Positions 21,738 through 34,646 of a DNA stretch of 64,000 bases are shown here, one piece after another (position 1 is the stretch's first letter; the number at the start of each line of letters is the position of its first letter). Source of the stretch: Octopus bimaculoides (lineage: Eukaryota); the NCBI RefSeq assembly GCF_001194135.2, contig NC_068990.1, positions 70,466,720 to 70,530,719 on the forward strand, read 5' to 3'. A program made the position numbers and the translations under genes. The notes under the pieces were generated by a model. That model worked only from the letters and a program-made list of their open reading frames with translations, was not told the DNA's origin and searched no databases.

Positions 21738-22635
21738 TTGGGTCATCCCATGAATAATGCAATATTTTCTATTGCATGAACTAAAAGTCGGAGGGGGAGG
21801 GGGTAAATTACCTGCACCAACTTGCTATAAAAGCAGGTAGTAATTTTACCTTGTACTTATTCTTAGTGCAAGTTTTGAAGAGTGCAGTTCGATTTTAACT
21901 GTTATTTTTTCAAAGCTATTATAGAAGTGACAAAGGAGCATGTTTAGCATATTTTGCTTTGTGTGTTCAATAAAGGCAACAACGCAATGGAAAGTGCAAG
22001 GAATATTATTGCAGTGTATGGAGATCAGACAATAAGCCAGTGTCAACAATGGTTCCAAAAATTCTGAGCCGGAAACTACAGCCTAGAAGACAAACCTCAT
22101 CCTGGAAGATTTGTTGAGCTTGATGAGGACATCCTGCAAACCCTGGTGGAACAAAATCCCATCATAACCATTGAGGAACTAGCAGAGAAGCTTGGATTTG
22201 GTCATTCAGGCCATTGCTAGAAGAAAAACGACTATCTTTGGTTTCAAGACAAAAAGCATTTTTCCATCAGGATAATACTCGGCCACATACAACAAGTATG
22301 ACATTCAAAGGCTTGAACAGTTTGAATGGGAAACGATGCCCCACCCACCATATTCACCGGACATTGCCCCATCTGATTATCATTTATTCTGCAGTCTTCA
22401 AAATCATTTGGATGGAAAAGATATGAATTTTGTAAATGAGGTCAGAACAGTATTGGAGGAGTATTTTTCATCATGGACAAGTGAGTTTTGGAAGAGGAAC
22501 CTTGCAAGTCTACCAGATAGATGGAAGAGCATTGTAGAAAATGGAGAGTATATTTTAGATTAAAATAGAACTTTATCTTAATTTTGAAAAATAAAAGAAG
22601 TATGAAAAAACTGCATTATTTATAGGATGGCCCAA
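21738..22635 (+). mobile_element. Internally deleted mariner with both TIRs and TA TSDs
   Basis: TA|TTGGGTCATCCCATGAATAATGC ... GCATTATTTATAGGATGGCCCAA|TA; MPHPPYSPDIAPSDYHLFCSLQNHL...IVENGEYILD; deletion junction near 22210. Confidence 0.9.
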
Positions 22636-22689
22636 TATTTCAACTCACAGCAGTTGCTGCTTCTGTACAAGGCTCAAGGAATGTCCACA

Positions 22690-23060
22690 ATGGTGAACTT
22701 TTCTCATGTCCAGAGAATGACCACTTGACTGATTGGCATTCAGCCACTTATGGACACACACCAGCCTCTGACCCACAGATGTACTATCTCCTTTCTCTGT
22801 CTTTTCTACTGCTACTATTATGACCTCTGTTCTTCAAAAACTTGTTTCATCTCCTACCTTCATTACTTGGACATCATCAACCTACTCGTCTTTCCTCCTC
22901 CCATCACCCTTGTTGAGTCCCCCACCTCATTGCACTCACCGCTACACTCAGTACGTCCTCTTCAGAACATCATCCCTCTGGAATCTTCTACCTGCTTGTG
23001 TCTTTCCCACAGGTGTTGACTTGCAATGGTTTAAAGGGAACATCCTACATAGATAATGAG
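22690..23060 (+). mobile_element. CR1-clade (Zenon-like) LINE ORF2 3' end
   Basis: QPLTHRCTISFLCLFYCYYYDLCS and RYTQYVLFRTSSLWNLLPACVFPTGVDLQWFKGNI. Confidence 0.7.
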
Positions 23061-23759
23061 TACTCTATCCCTTCTACCTGACTCAACAAATAAAAAAAAA
23101 TGGGAAAAGAATTCATACTCTTTTTTTATCAAAAAGTTGGTTTTAGTGATAAGTAATATGCAATCTTATAGCAATGCAGTATCACTTATAATTATGTTCA
23201 GCAATTAAATTAGAACCTTAACAAAATGATGACATAGGATAAGAATGACTGAATTTAGGGTGAAAACCATTAAACCAATTCCATCAAGGGTTTGACAAAC
23301 GTAGAATTTAAGGATGAATAAAATTTGTTGTTGCTGTTGTTCTTTTATGTTAATTATATTCAGGAATTGTAGAGCTGTCTGCATTCTAGTGAGTAACACT
23401 TATTAATCCAACATGTACCATTGCTTATAAACAAATAAATTCTTTGCCAATATTATCTGAATTTTTATTTATTTATTTATGTAATTTTATTTCAGTGAAC
23501 ATGTATGCAATCTAAGCTGGATGGGAATGTTGGTGTGTGTATATGTGCATGTGTCTGCCTGTGTTTATGTGTGTATGTGTGTGTGTGCATGCATGTCTGT
23601 GTGTGTCTCAGAGTCTTTCTTCTTTTTTATACTTAATCTTCTTTTATATTTTTTCTGGGGTTGATGATGGGGAGGGAGTTTTCAAGGGTTTAGAATTCAT
23701 GTTCTGGAATAAGCTGTAACTGATCCAAGACAGATCAAAAGAAAAAAGTTCTTCAGAAA

Positions 23760-24035
23760 CAATTACAACAACAGCAACAGCAACAACAACAACAATGACA
23801 ATAATGGTGCACTATTAACTACTACAACAACAACAGTTATGCATTAACAACAACAACAGAAATAGCTGCAGCAGTTGAAAGTGCATCAAAAACTGCAACA
23901 CTAAGAAATGTAGAAAAATGCACCAACAACAAGAACATTAATACAGGTAGAGAAATAACTGCTGCACTGACACTCATCAGCAAACAACTATGAAAATAAC
24001 TACAACAACAACCACCATCACAACAACAACCATTA
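23760..24035. repeat. (AAC)-rich low-complexity tract; similar CAC/GAT/TAC tracts at about 32035-32630 and 33420-33620
   Basis: Imperfect trinucleotide runs seen directly. Confidence 0.8.
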
Positions 24036-24237
24036 TGTAATACAGGTCGATGTTTTTTATATCATTATCCAGAATTTTCATGACATTCAGCATATTTTTA
24101 GTGAATTTTTATTGTTATTTTTATCATTCCTGAAGAGCTTCACATTGCTAATAATGACATATTTTTTATTGACGCATACATATCCACACACCTGCACATG
24201 CACACACACACACATACATATACACATACATGCATAC

Positions 24238-24269
<32 letters not shown>

Positions 24270-24303
24270 GGATATACGTGTATGTATACATATATACAGA
24301 TAC

Positions 24304-24304
<1 letters not shown>

Positions 24305-24357
<53 letters not shown>
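24305..24357. repeat. (AG)n microsatellite; others: (GATA)n 26372-26456, (GA)n 47223-47287, (CA)n 51353-51580, (TG)n 61451-61540
   Basis: Seen directly. Confidence 0.95.
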
Positions 24358-24362
<5 letters not shown>

Positions 24363-24364
<2 letters not shown>

Positions 24365-24912
24365 GTCAAATTGATGTTACAATCATTTCCATAAATGGAC
24401 AATATCTCTATTCCATATCTCATACAATGTTATGGAATACATGCCATAATATATGGAAATATGTAATAATTCTATAGTCCATTAGCTTCCTCAGATGTCA
24501 TGATTTGAAGGCACCATCAACCAAATGCCATTGAATGGCTGATAGTTGTTCTGTGGTTAATGCTTTGTTCTATAAGATGAATTCCAGCAGGTTTTTAAAA
24601 CTTTATTTTGACTTACTTTTATTAAAATTTATTGTCTTAAAACATACAGGAAATATCAAAGGAAAGCTATAAGTATTCATTCTATTTATATATTGTGACA
24701 TGCCCAAATGAACTCATCCCAAAACATTCATTTGGTCGATGGTGCCTTCAAATCATGACTTTTGAAGAAGTAAATGGATTATAGAATCATTACATATTTC
24801 CATATGTTATGGTATGTATTCCATAATATTGTATGAATTGCATAACATTGTATGAGATATGGAATAAAAATAATGTTTGTTTATGGAAATAATTGTAATG
24901 TCAATTTAACTT
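24363..24912. repeat. Fold-back element with long inverted arms
   Basis: 24363-24527 is the imperfect reverse complement of 24729-24912; spacer about 200 bp. Confidence 0.85.
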
Positions 24913-25134
24913 CTTTCCCCATGTCAATTATTACTTTTATCATTCACTCTGCAGGACTTATTTTAAGTCTACTGGATCTTACCTTGGAGTTGTATAATGC
25001 CCCCATTTATACCAATCAATGTTTTATAGATCCCCATTTTAATTTCGGAATACTATGCTAGCCAGGATCTAGTGTGATATGTTAATGAGGTGATAGCCAA
25101 CATTATTTTATCCCCCTCAATCTATATATACCTT

Positions 25135-25987
25135 TTTTATTCTTTTATTCTTTACTCGCTTTGGTTATTTGACTGTGACCATGCTGGAGCACCACCTTAA
25201 AGGGTATTAGTTGAAGAAATCAACCCCAGGCCTTATTTTTTGTAAGCCTAGTACTTATTCTATCAGTCAGTTTTGTCAAACTGCTAAGTTACAGAAACAT
25301 AAACACACCAGCATTGGAGACACACGAATATATACATATATATATTTACAAAGGGCTTCTTCCAGTTTCCGTCTACCAAATCCACTCACAAAGCTTTGGT
25401 CAACCCGAGACTATAGTAGAAGGCATTTCCTCAAGGTGCCATGCAGTGGGACTGAACCCGGAACCATGTGATTAGGAAGCAAACTTCTTACCACACAGCC
25501 ACGTCTGCATTTATATATATATATTAATAGAATTTCTTTACAAGCTTAAAGTTTATAACCAAACACTATGCATTGACTAAGTTAAATAGTTTAATATTGG
25601 GGCATATAAGCCCTTGACGGAAAAAAAATAGGGTTTAGAAATAATCGGTATTTTGCCCGTCCCTCCAATCTGAGCTTAAATTTTGCCAAGGTCAACTTTG
25701 CCTTTCATGGTCTCTTTTTGCCAAACCACTAACTAACATGGACATAAACATACCAACATTGGTTGTCAAGCGATGGTGGTGGGGAGGGGACAAACACAGA
25801 CACACAAGCATATACATATATACAATGGGTTTCTTTCAGTTTCCTTCTATCAAATCCTCTCATAAGGCTTTGGTCAGCCCTAGGCTATAACAGAAGTCAC
25901 TTGCCCAAGGTGCCATGCAGTGGGACTGAACCCAGAAGCATGTGGGTTGGGAAGCAAGCTTCTTACCCCACAGCTATACCTGCGCGT

Positions 25988-25990
<3 letters not shown>
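25135..25990 (-). mobile_element. Two SINE family B copies (about 25135-25510 and 25690-25990)
   Basis: Both halves are recognisable in the first copy; the second lacks most of the 3' half. Confidence 0.8.
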
Positions 25991-26021
<31 letters not shown>

Positions 26022-26034
26022 AGAGAAAATAAGA

Positions 26035-26160
26035 TGACAGAGGAATAAACAATTATCTTCTGAACTCCATTAGCTTACAGCTGTTTCTGCTATAAGATAG
26101 CAGTGGATTCATGTGTGCTTGAGTAACACCTTATAACTTCGTTGGAGTCTCGAATATGAA
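26035..26160 (-). mobile_element. PLE-like terminal remnant with hammerhead-like motif
   Basis: Minus strand: CCAACGA-A-GTTATAAG-(33 nt)-CTTATAGC-A-GAAAC-AGCT-GTA. Confidence 0.45.
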
Positions 26161-26164
26161 GATC

Positions 26165-26360
26165 AGTTTATTTGCCCTTCCTCGGCCTCTTTTTGATCCA
26201 CAACTGCAGTTCAGTCATGGAGACGAGCTGCGGGAAAGCGCACCTACAAACGGTGACCACACCTGTTCACCATCGTCTACGTAGAGCCGGAGATGTCACA
26301 GTCTTAGCGCATGTCTGCGCATCATCAACCACGGCATGTCCAGCCCTCCTTTTAACGGGT
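26165..26360 (-). mobile_element. Tx1/L1-clade LINE ORF2 internal fragment (young, CpG-rich)
   Basis: PLKGGLDMPWLMMRRHALRL*HLRLYVDDGEQVWSPF, then after a frameshift FPQLVSMTELQLWIKKRPRKG, similar to LTKLQSWIKLRPR near 31200. Confidence 0.7.
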
Positions 26361-26418
26361 GTTGGTAGCAAAGATAGATAGTTAGATAGATAGACAGACA
26401 GATAGACAGACAGATAGG

Positions 26419-26457
<39 letters not shown>

Positions 26458-27382
26458 ATGTTTCTTTATTGGCCACACAGGGCTGAACACAGAGGGGACA
26501 AAATACAAAGTAGAGCTTTTCTTTTTGGGAAGGAAAGAAAAAAAATGAAAAAAAAAGGTGGGGTTGAATTTCGATCAAAAGGGGTCGTAGATAGATAGAT
26601 AGATAGATAGATATTCACTACCCATCCTACCATTGAAGACATGCTAAACAATGATGATAATGATACACACACATACTCTCTCTCTCTCTCCCTCTCCCTC
26701 TCATATCTACACTGGCAAATAGTGAAATCAATTGATTATCAATATTCTTTTTCCCTTTTATTTATTTATTTTTTTTTAGTTTGTGTTATAAAGCTATCTC
26801 TTCCTCTTGCCCACTTTCCTTCTGAGTCATCATATTATCATGGTGTTCTTTGTTTTTGTTGTTGTCATTGCTGTTGCTGCTTGGTTACAACTCCAATACC
26901 AGATAGGCAGTGCTAACCTCTGCCTTCTTAAGTGTGTGTGAGATTTAGCCCACGCTTAGAGCACAGCAGCCACATACAGTGTCACTTCATACTATTTTGT
27001 ATGCACCCTGTTAATGTGTCACAGATAATCACCTCAGTACCAATACAGTGTGTTTTATCAATGAATACATATTTATCAGTCATAAATTTAATATACAATA
27101 TACAGATTTATATAATCCAGTGGTAATCACAAAAACAGTCCTTTAGAGGACCAAACTACAAACCACATAGTAAACCGATACATAGAAGTGTAATGTAGAG
27201 TCCAATGCAGTAGAAATCCAGTGAATCCAATCAGTGAAAATCGTTTTATGGGAAGTATATAGAGTATAAAGAAATCCAGGAGGTATGAGATGAATATATT
27301 TATTTCACCAGCAGTTATCCATGGGGTGACAACCGTTTCACAGTCTACATCATGCAAAAATAGTTTATTTTAGTATATAATA

Positions 27383-27601
27383 CAAGAGGGTGCTGAAAAG
27401 TTCCTGGCTTTGAGGGTATTGTGAAAGGTCTGGTTGGAGACCCAACCTTCCGAGTTCTTTTACAGGACTTAGAAAAACTGAAGGACCACTGCAATTAGTG
27501 TGTTAATCTGAGAGGGGAATATATGTTCAATAAAATCATGATTAACTGATCCACCTGTATTTTCTTATACCCAAAGCCAGGAACTTTTCAACACCCACTC
27601 A
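27383..27601 (+). mobile_element. Mariner-derived MITE (about 220 bp)
   Basis: TA-flanked TIRs GGGTGCTGAAAAGTTCCTGGCTTT / AAAGCCAGGAACTTTTCAACACCC; internal transposase C-terminal remnant (GLRKTE/LEKLKDHCN*CVNLRGEY). Confidence 0.85.
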
Positions 27602-27959
27602 TATATTATTTTACATGTAGGCAATAATATGTTTGCTATAAATTGCATTGTACTGTTGTACATTTTACAAAACAATGTGAATATTAAAGGCTAGATATAG
27701 ATATATACCTGTCATACACATCTGTATTTAGTCTCACTTTGACCAAAATAAAGGCAGTTTTGTTAGTTTAAGATGAGAATTACAGCTATTCATTTCACAA
27801 CCTTTATCTTTCATGCAGATCCTTGTAACTTCTCTCTCCCAGGTAAAGCGGTAAGATTGCAGTGCAACCAACCAAGAGATAAGAGGTTTATATTAATATC
27901 TTGTGACTGCTTTACTATTGTGTCTATTGTTAAGAAACTTGACTCTCACCAATAAAAAT

Positions 27960-28440
27960 TCATGTTGGAATCTTCTTCACATTGGAGTATGAGATGTTGA
28001 TGCTGCTGCCTCTACTTTCAAACAACTGAGACTAAATCCAAAAGAAAACCATTTAATTATCTGACAAAGAACCACTCTTTAACTTGCTACAATCATTCAG
28101 TGCATTATATCCTCTTTGTGTCTCCTCCTCTACTGCTACTGCAATGACTTCTGCTCTTTTGAACTTGCTGTCTGTAGGCTTTCTCCACTAATGCCCACCT
28201 ACTTGGCCAGATTCACTGTGCCTTTCTCACCTTTCAGGCTTTGAACTTCCACTAGTGACTGTAATTCTTTAAAATTCTGTCTCTTCCCATACTTTTCCTT
28301 AAACCATTGACATATCACTGTTTAAGAACAACAATCTTCAAATCTATTTCACCAGGCTGGGAGTGACTACAAAGGTCATGAACATTGCTTTTCCTACTCG
28401 TCTTCCTAGCTTATTGAAAAACAAGACTAAATACATACAT
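27960..28440 (+). mobile_element. Highly degraded CR1-like LINE 3' remnant
   Basis: Patchy peptide similarity to the 22690-23060 type (LSPLMPTYLARFTVPFSPF); many stops. Confidence 0.35.
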
Positions 28441-28666
28441 ACTGCTATGGGTTTATATTCCACTACTGTAAACTGTAGCAAGACCACAAAACTGAAAAAT
28501 CTTTTAATTGCTAATTAGAACTCAATTCAGTTCCTCTCATGAAATGTGATAGACCAGTGCTCTAGGCCTGCAAATTTGAGAGTCAGCAGGTTTCTATAGA
28601 TTTAACTGGATGACAGTTAAGTCCACAGAAAATCGAAGTTGGACACTATCCCCATGCATCCTTTCA

Positions 28667-28866
28667 CTAACCCCTTTTGATACAAATCTACCTGAGACCA
28701 TGATACAAACTTCTGATTTTAAAGTGATCTAAATTAAAACCTTCCATCAAAATTTCACATTAATTTATGTTCCAAACACCAGCTTAATTATGAGAAAGTT
28801 ATTTTACTTCTTTATTTTCAAAGTTGATTGACACAAAGACAATGTACTTCAACAGAAATATGGTAG
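28667..28866 (+). mobile_element. Diverged copy of piggyBac-like MITE family
   Basis: Body and AAATATGGTA end shared with 49773-50001 and 48823-49030. Confidence 0.5.
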
Positions 28867-29079
28867 GATAAAATAAGGCCAAATTGTTTGTTTGACCCAG
28901 GTCACCATTACCCCCATAGACTTATCATCAAAGACATTCCAACCATACCCATCATATTTTTTTGTGTTTCCAAAATTATATCTTCAGGACGCTGAACCTT
29001 TCAGGTGAGATGACAAAGGACTGAGATGCCTGCTGCCTTGTTGTACTCAAGACCCATACTCTGCAACAGAAATGTTAAG

Positions 29080-29400
29080 ACCGGTCCCTTTGGTGGTGAA
29101 AGGCACTCATGGTGGTGCCATGTAAAAGTGTCCATGTGGTATCACATAAAAGCACCCATGCAGTGCAATGTAAAAGCACCTATGCAGCACCACATAATAG
29201 CACTTGTGAGGTTCCATGTAAAAGCACCCAGCACACTCTATAAAGTGGTTGGCACTAGGAAGAGCATCCAGCTGTAGAAACCATGCCAAATCAGACTGTA
29301 GTCTGGTGCAGCTCCCCAGCTTGCTAGGTCTGGTCAAACCGTCCAACCCATGCCAGCATAGACAACATACATTTAATGATGATGATGATGATGATGATGA
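29080..29400 (+). mobile_element. RTE LINE 3' UTR with five roughly 24-bp tandem units
   Basis: ATGTAAAAGCACCCATGCAGTGCC-like units at 29105-29232; (GAT)n tail 29376-29401. Confidence 0.75.
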
Positions 29401-30217
29401 TATTGCTCAATATGTCCTTTTTCTCTTTTTTGATAACAGTAGGGTGTTTTTTGAGGGAGATTTTGGTTCTATTTGTAACAAGTTCTACATCATTAGAAAC
29501 TATGGTCAACTTACTCTTTGACAAGCTACCTATACACTGTGTATTTATGCTTGTGTGTGTGACTGTATATGTTTGTGTGTATATACTTGTCTGCAGCAAT
29601 TATTATCTCATTTAGATGTTTAGGTCTCTTTTTTTGTTGTTTTTCTGGAGCAGAGCTTTTACCCCTACCATCTCATTTATCATCTTTGTAAACTCCTCCC
29701 CACCTTTGGGTGATGGTGGTGGTGGTGGTGGTGGGTTAGGAGGAGAAATAGTGGTATAGAACATAAAGGGCAGGTTTATTGAATCAGGATGTTGTGAAAT
29801 GTGTTTTATTTCCTTGTTTGTTATTGTACCTAGGTGCAGCACTTCCATCTGTTTATAGTCCTCTCTTATTTCACAGTTCATCCATTTATCCAGGCAGCTA
29901 TGCCTCCTCCATTCACCTCCATGCACCGATCAGCCTTTCTCTCCTCCACCACCCCATACCTTGTCTCTCTTTTTTTTTGTTTTCCTCCCCTGACCAGTAT
30001 CCTTCTCACACTGCATACATCAGCTGATCAGCAATCACCATGAACAGCACCAGCAGCAACAACAGTAGCGGCAGCAGTTTCTAAATAATGAGTTATATTG
30101 CCTTGTATCTTTTTAGTACTTCACTACTGTGTCCTGTATACAACAATAATAACCATCTTTTATTAGACACAAGTACTCAAAGGCAACAGAGATGGAATGA
30201 AGGACAGCTTAATAATG

Positions 30218-30250
<33 letters not shown>

Positions 30251-30518
30251 CTTTCTTTATTCACCACGAAGGGTTCATAAAAATGTTGAGCATAGTACTG
30301 GACATTACAATAGGATACATAAAGAAGCATGTAAAAAGTAGAAAAAATGGTGATAATATAAATTCTAATGATGAATTATTCTCCAAAATAGGGAGACACC
30401 CTCAGGCTGCTCATGGAAACTCCACAAAACTATGGTCACTCTGACCACTAGGGCAAGTGCCCTCTCAACATTGTTTTCCTTCAATTTACAAGAACATGCT
30501 TAGAGGAGGCCAGTTCAC

Positions 30519-31300
30519 TCAGACCAGTCTTGCCACATTCACCCACCTTTTTACAAAATTGCTAGAAGGCAGCACTTCCTTTCCTACCCTAACTTTCCTT
30601 TTCAAGTGAAACTTCAAAACGTTAATGAGGTCTTGGCCAAAGAGGAAAGTATCTGTCTTCAGCCATTTCAATCTGGTCCACCACACAACCTCCTTCACTA
30701 AGGCTACAAAACAGGTAAACACTGCCTGCCATTTCTGACCATAAGAGTGAGGCTTGATGATCTTCACAATGGTCTCAGCTGATAGATGGATCCATCCTAC
30801 ATGTGACAGCTGGTGTTTGACATAAACCCACTAATCATTAAGGCTTGGGCACTGGATGAAAGCATGCAGAACAGTTTTGTTGCTCTACATACATTTAAGG
30901 CAAACCTGGTTGACAGCACTTCACAGTCTGTAGAGTTTATCCTGAAATGGCAATGCTTCCCAGTAGCACTGCCAGGCCAAGGATGTCTGGAAATTATCCA
31001 TGAGCCCCAGTCCTCTAGAACAGACCAGCCAGTTGATTATTGTCAATGTCCAAAGTCTCCTGAAGAACATCATTGCACTTGCTCACCACTACTCCTCTAT
31101 AGAATTCTAAAGTGGAACTTCCACTGACTACATTGATTGACTGATAGAGGACTGTCAACACCTGATGACACTCTAGGTGCCAGGTGCACTACCTTGGTCT
31201 CAGCTTGATCCAGGATTGCAGCTTAGTCAAAGAAAAGTGCTACTTTATCTAGATACACCATTCATTCATGTTCACATTGGCACATTTGGGAAATCCAGTT
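30519..31300 (-). mobile_element. Tx1/L1-clade LINE ORF2 C-terminus with zf-RVT zinc-binding motif
   Basis: Hand translation: FQTSLAWQCYWEALPFQDKLYRL*SAVNQVCLKCM*SNKTVLHAFIQCPSLND*WVYV...KRWVNVARLV*. Confidence 0.75.
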
Positions 31301-31345
31301 GGTACCTGTCAGACAGTTGGAAGTACAATAATGATAATTATAATA

Positions 31346-31572
31346 ATCCTTTCTACTGAAGGTACAAGGCCTGAAATTTGGGGAGAGAGGTCTAGTTGAT
31401 TACATTGATCTCAGTATGTAACTGGTACTTAACTTATTGACTCCAAAAGGGTTAGGGATCAAGTCGACTTCAGCAGAATTTGAATTCAGAACATAGCGAT
31501 GGGCAAAATACTGCTAACGATTTTGCCAGCTCATCCAACATAGTAACGATTCTGCCAGCTCGCTTGCCTTAA
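31346..31572 (-). mobile_element. SINE family A copy
   Basis: Family A core; (AAT)-rich on both sides. Confidence 0.8.
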
Positions 31573-32631
31573 GTATAATAATAATAATACTAACAATAAT
31601 AAAAACAAAGACTAAAAGCAAAAAGTATCAACCAAAATTTGTTAAAATAAATCTGTTAAATGACAAATAATTGTGACTGACAGTAACAACAACAACCACC
31701 AATACTAAACTATTAGAATAACAAAAACAAATGCAGTAACACAACAACAGTCCTGAATAAACCATATAAAAACAAGAAAAGGTCTAGCCAATGAGAGAGC
31801 CTTAAGTGGTTTCTGAACATGCTACAAATAACAGCCAAATCTTCAACTTGCATGTTCTTCATTGAAGAAAGTAAACATTAGATAGTGTAGTGCTAGGTAC
31901 CCTTTTCCCTGTAAATAGACAGGATAGTCATGGCTGGAAAGTTTTTGATCATTGGTCTACTTTCATCATAGATCTAACCATTTTGGCTAAATAAAGATAA
32001 AACACTAACATGTTATTATAACAATAGAAGTGAACTACTACTACTACTACATTAGTTGGTGAGAAGCTTTGTAGGTAAGAATACTAAGTTGTACCTGTGG
32101 TAGTGGTGTCATTTACCACAACCACAGCTACCCCTAACTATAACTCCACCATCGCCATACAACAATCAGTTCAACCAGTTACACCACCACCACCACCATC
32201 AGTCACACTACCATAACTACCACTCCCACCATCATCACCACCAATACCATCCTCATCAGTAGCAGCAGATTCCTGTACATCATTGGTTCCGCTAAAGTAC
32301 CAAAAGCAATGACACTGTATCCAGAAATCTCTCACTGCTCCTCTCACTACAGACCAGATGTGTTAGTCATCACACTGAGACTCAACACCACCACCACCAC
32401 CACCAGTGGTGATGATGATGATGATGATGATGATGATAATGTGAGAGGTGCTGGTGATGCTGGTGTCCTGTACGTCTTTTATTGCTCCTGTTTCATTGAT
32501 GGTGATGATGCTACTGATGCCACTGTCGTGGTATTCTTATATTTTAGCTCTGCATTTACTGCTACTACGACTGATGATGGTGATGATGATAATCTTGCAA
32601 ACTGTACTAATGCTATCGTTGCTAATAATAA

Positions 32632-32853
32632 TCCTTTCTACTATAGGCACAAGGCCCGGAATTTCTGAGGAGGGGATAGTCAATTACATCAACCCCAGTA
32701 CTTGACTGGTTCTTAATTTATTGACCCCCAAAAGGATGAGAGGCAAAGTCGACCTTGGCGGAATTTGAACTCAGAACGTAGCGATGGGTAAAATACCGCA
32801 AAGCATTTCATCCAGCATGCTAAGCTAATAATAATAATAATAATTATAATAAT

Positions 32854-32897
<44 letters not shown>

Positions 32898-33090
32898 TAA
32901 TAATGGTTTCAAATTTCGGCAGAAGGACAGCAATTTCAGGGGAGAGGATAAGTCAATGACATCGACTCCAGGACTCAACTGGTACATATTTTATCGAACC
33001 TAAAAGGATGAAAGGTAAAGTCGACTTCAGCGGGATTTGAACTCAGAACATAACGAGACAGAAGAAATGTTGATCAACATTTTGTCTGAT
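32632..33090 (-). mobile_element. Two SINE family A copies joined by a long (AAT)n tract
   Basis: Copies at about 32632-32822 and 32903-33090; (AAT)n at 32826-32902. Confidence 0.85.
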
Positions 33091-34344
33091 GCACTATAGC
33101 AAAAGGTCATCTATTTTTTTAGGGAAGAGGTTTAATTAATTTCAATAACCTTGGTATTTGACTTATACTTTTAGTATATGGACTTAAGGGTAGGGGAAGG
33201 CGTGAAAGTAAAAACTTTGGCAGGATTTGTATTTAGAATGTAGAGTGACATAACAGAATAACACAGGGTATTTTACCTGGTGCTCTACCGATTCTGCCGA
33301 AATGTCACTACTACAGCTACTACTGTTGCTGCAAATATTGTTTGTATGCTTCTGCTGCTGCCCTGGACAACAAATGCTTCTAACACATGTAGCCATGTTC
33401 ACATGACAACTGGTACTGCTGATTTCTGATGTTACTGATATTCCTCACATCACCACCACAACCACCACCACTTCCTCAATGACTACTGCTGTTCTTTGCA
33501 CCCTTATTACTAATGTTTCTGCCACTACTACTAATACTACTACTACTACTGTAACACCATCATGACAACCAGACACACCCTAATTTCTACTACTACTGCC
33601 ATCACCACCACTGCCACCCTTGTTCTTCCCACCCTTATTCTTGATTTGGCGTACATGAGGGATGAAGTTTATTATTTTGCTTTTCTCATGCCATTACTAA
33701 TACCCCTGCTTATGTTGCTCCAGACTGTTGATGCTCCTACAATTGCTACCCTTAATCCCTCACCTTTTTTATTGCTGATAGTTTTACTGTTTTTTGAGGG
33801 ACAGGATAGTTGTTGTTTAAATTCAGATCAACCTTCGTCCAGGAGACCTATGATCAAATGTATTCTGGCCATGACCATCCCATCTATTTCTAACAGTGTG
33901 TTAAAATCTTTATACACAAACTCTCAGTTTCCAAGTTTCGAATTCATTCACTAGACATTGGTTGACCTGGGGATATAGCAGTAGACACTTTGCCCAAGGT
34001 GCTACACAGTGGGAGTGAATCCAAAACCATATGATTGCAAAGTGAGCTTTTTAACTTCACAATCACTATTTCTAGTATTCTCAACAACTATAAAGACTCC
34101 CTCTTTGGTTTGGGCAGTTACGGAGTTAGCAGTCACAATGTAGAAAGAGAAAGGGTTTACATATTCATGTGTGCCTATAAAAATTTGTGTGTAATTATTT
34201 TAGGCTTGGGTAAGTACCTAGTAGTCTGCCGATTAAAGCACATTCACTATCTGTGGCTACCTGATGTTATCAACAGTATAGATATAAATGCCACTGGATT
34301 TACTTCAGGAATTCCTTCATGTCTGGATTCCTCCACAATCATGA

Positions 34345-34640
34345 GGTAGTGAGTCCGATTCCTGAACTGGACTGTGTGTTGTGTTCTTGAGCAAGACACT
34401 TTACTTCACGTTGCTCCAATTCACTCAACTGTAGAAATTAGTTGTGACATCACTGGTGCCAAGTTGCATGTGCCTTTGGCTTTCCTTTGGATAACATTGT
34501 TGGTGTGGAGAGGGGAAACTGGTATATATAGGCAACTGCTAGTCTTCCATAAACAGCCTTGCCTGGCTTTGTGCCTCAATGGGTATCTTTCTAGGTGCAA
34601 TCCTATGGTAATTCATGACCAAAGGGCATCTTTACCCTGT
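34345..34640 (+). mobile_element. CORE-like SINE, third family (related pieces at 17370-17570, 38555-38710, 55290-55630)
   Basis: GTGTTCTTGAGCAAGACACTTTACTTCACGTTGCTCCA CORE-like segment after a tRNA-like head. Confidence 0.65.
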
Positions 34641-34646
34641 TAAATA

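Noticed and set aside
27310-27356. Further hammerhead remnant (minus strand GAAAC-GGTT-GTC followed by AATAAA)
   Set aside because: Only the 3' half fits; core and helix II cannot be reconstructed convincingly.
32309-32705. Poly-Thr/Asp ORFs as low-complexity protein exons (also 33562-33954, 29249-29521)
   Set aside because: Explained by CAC/GAT trinucleotide tracts and TE sequence; no splice or domain support.
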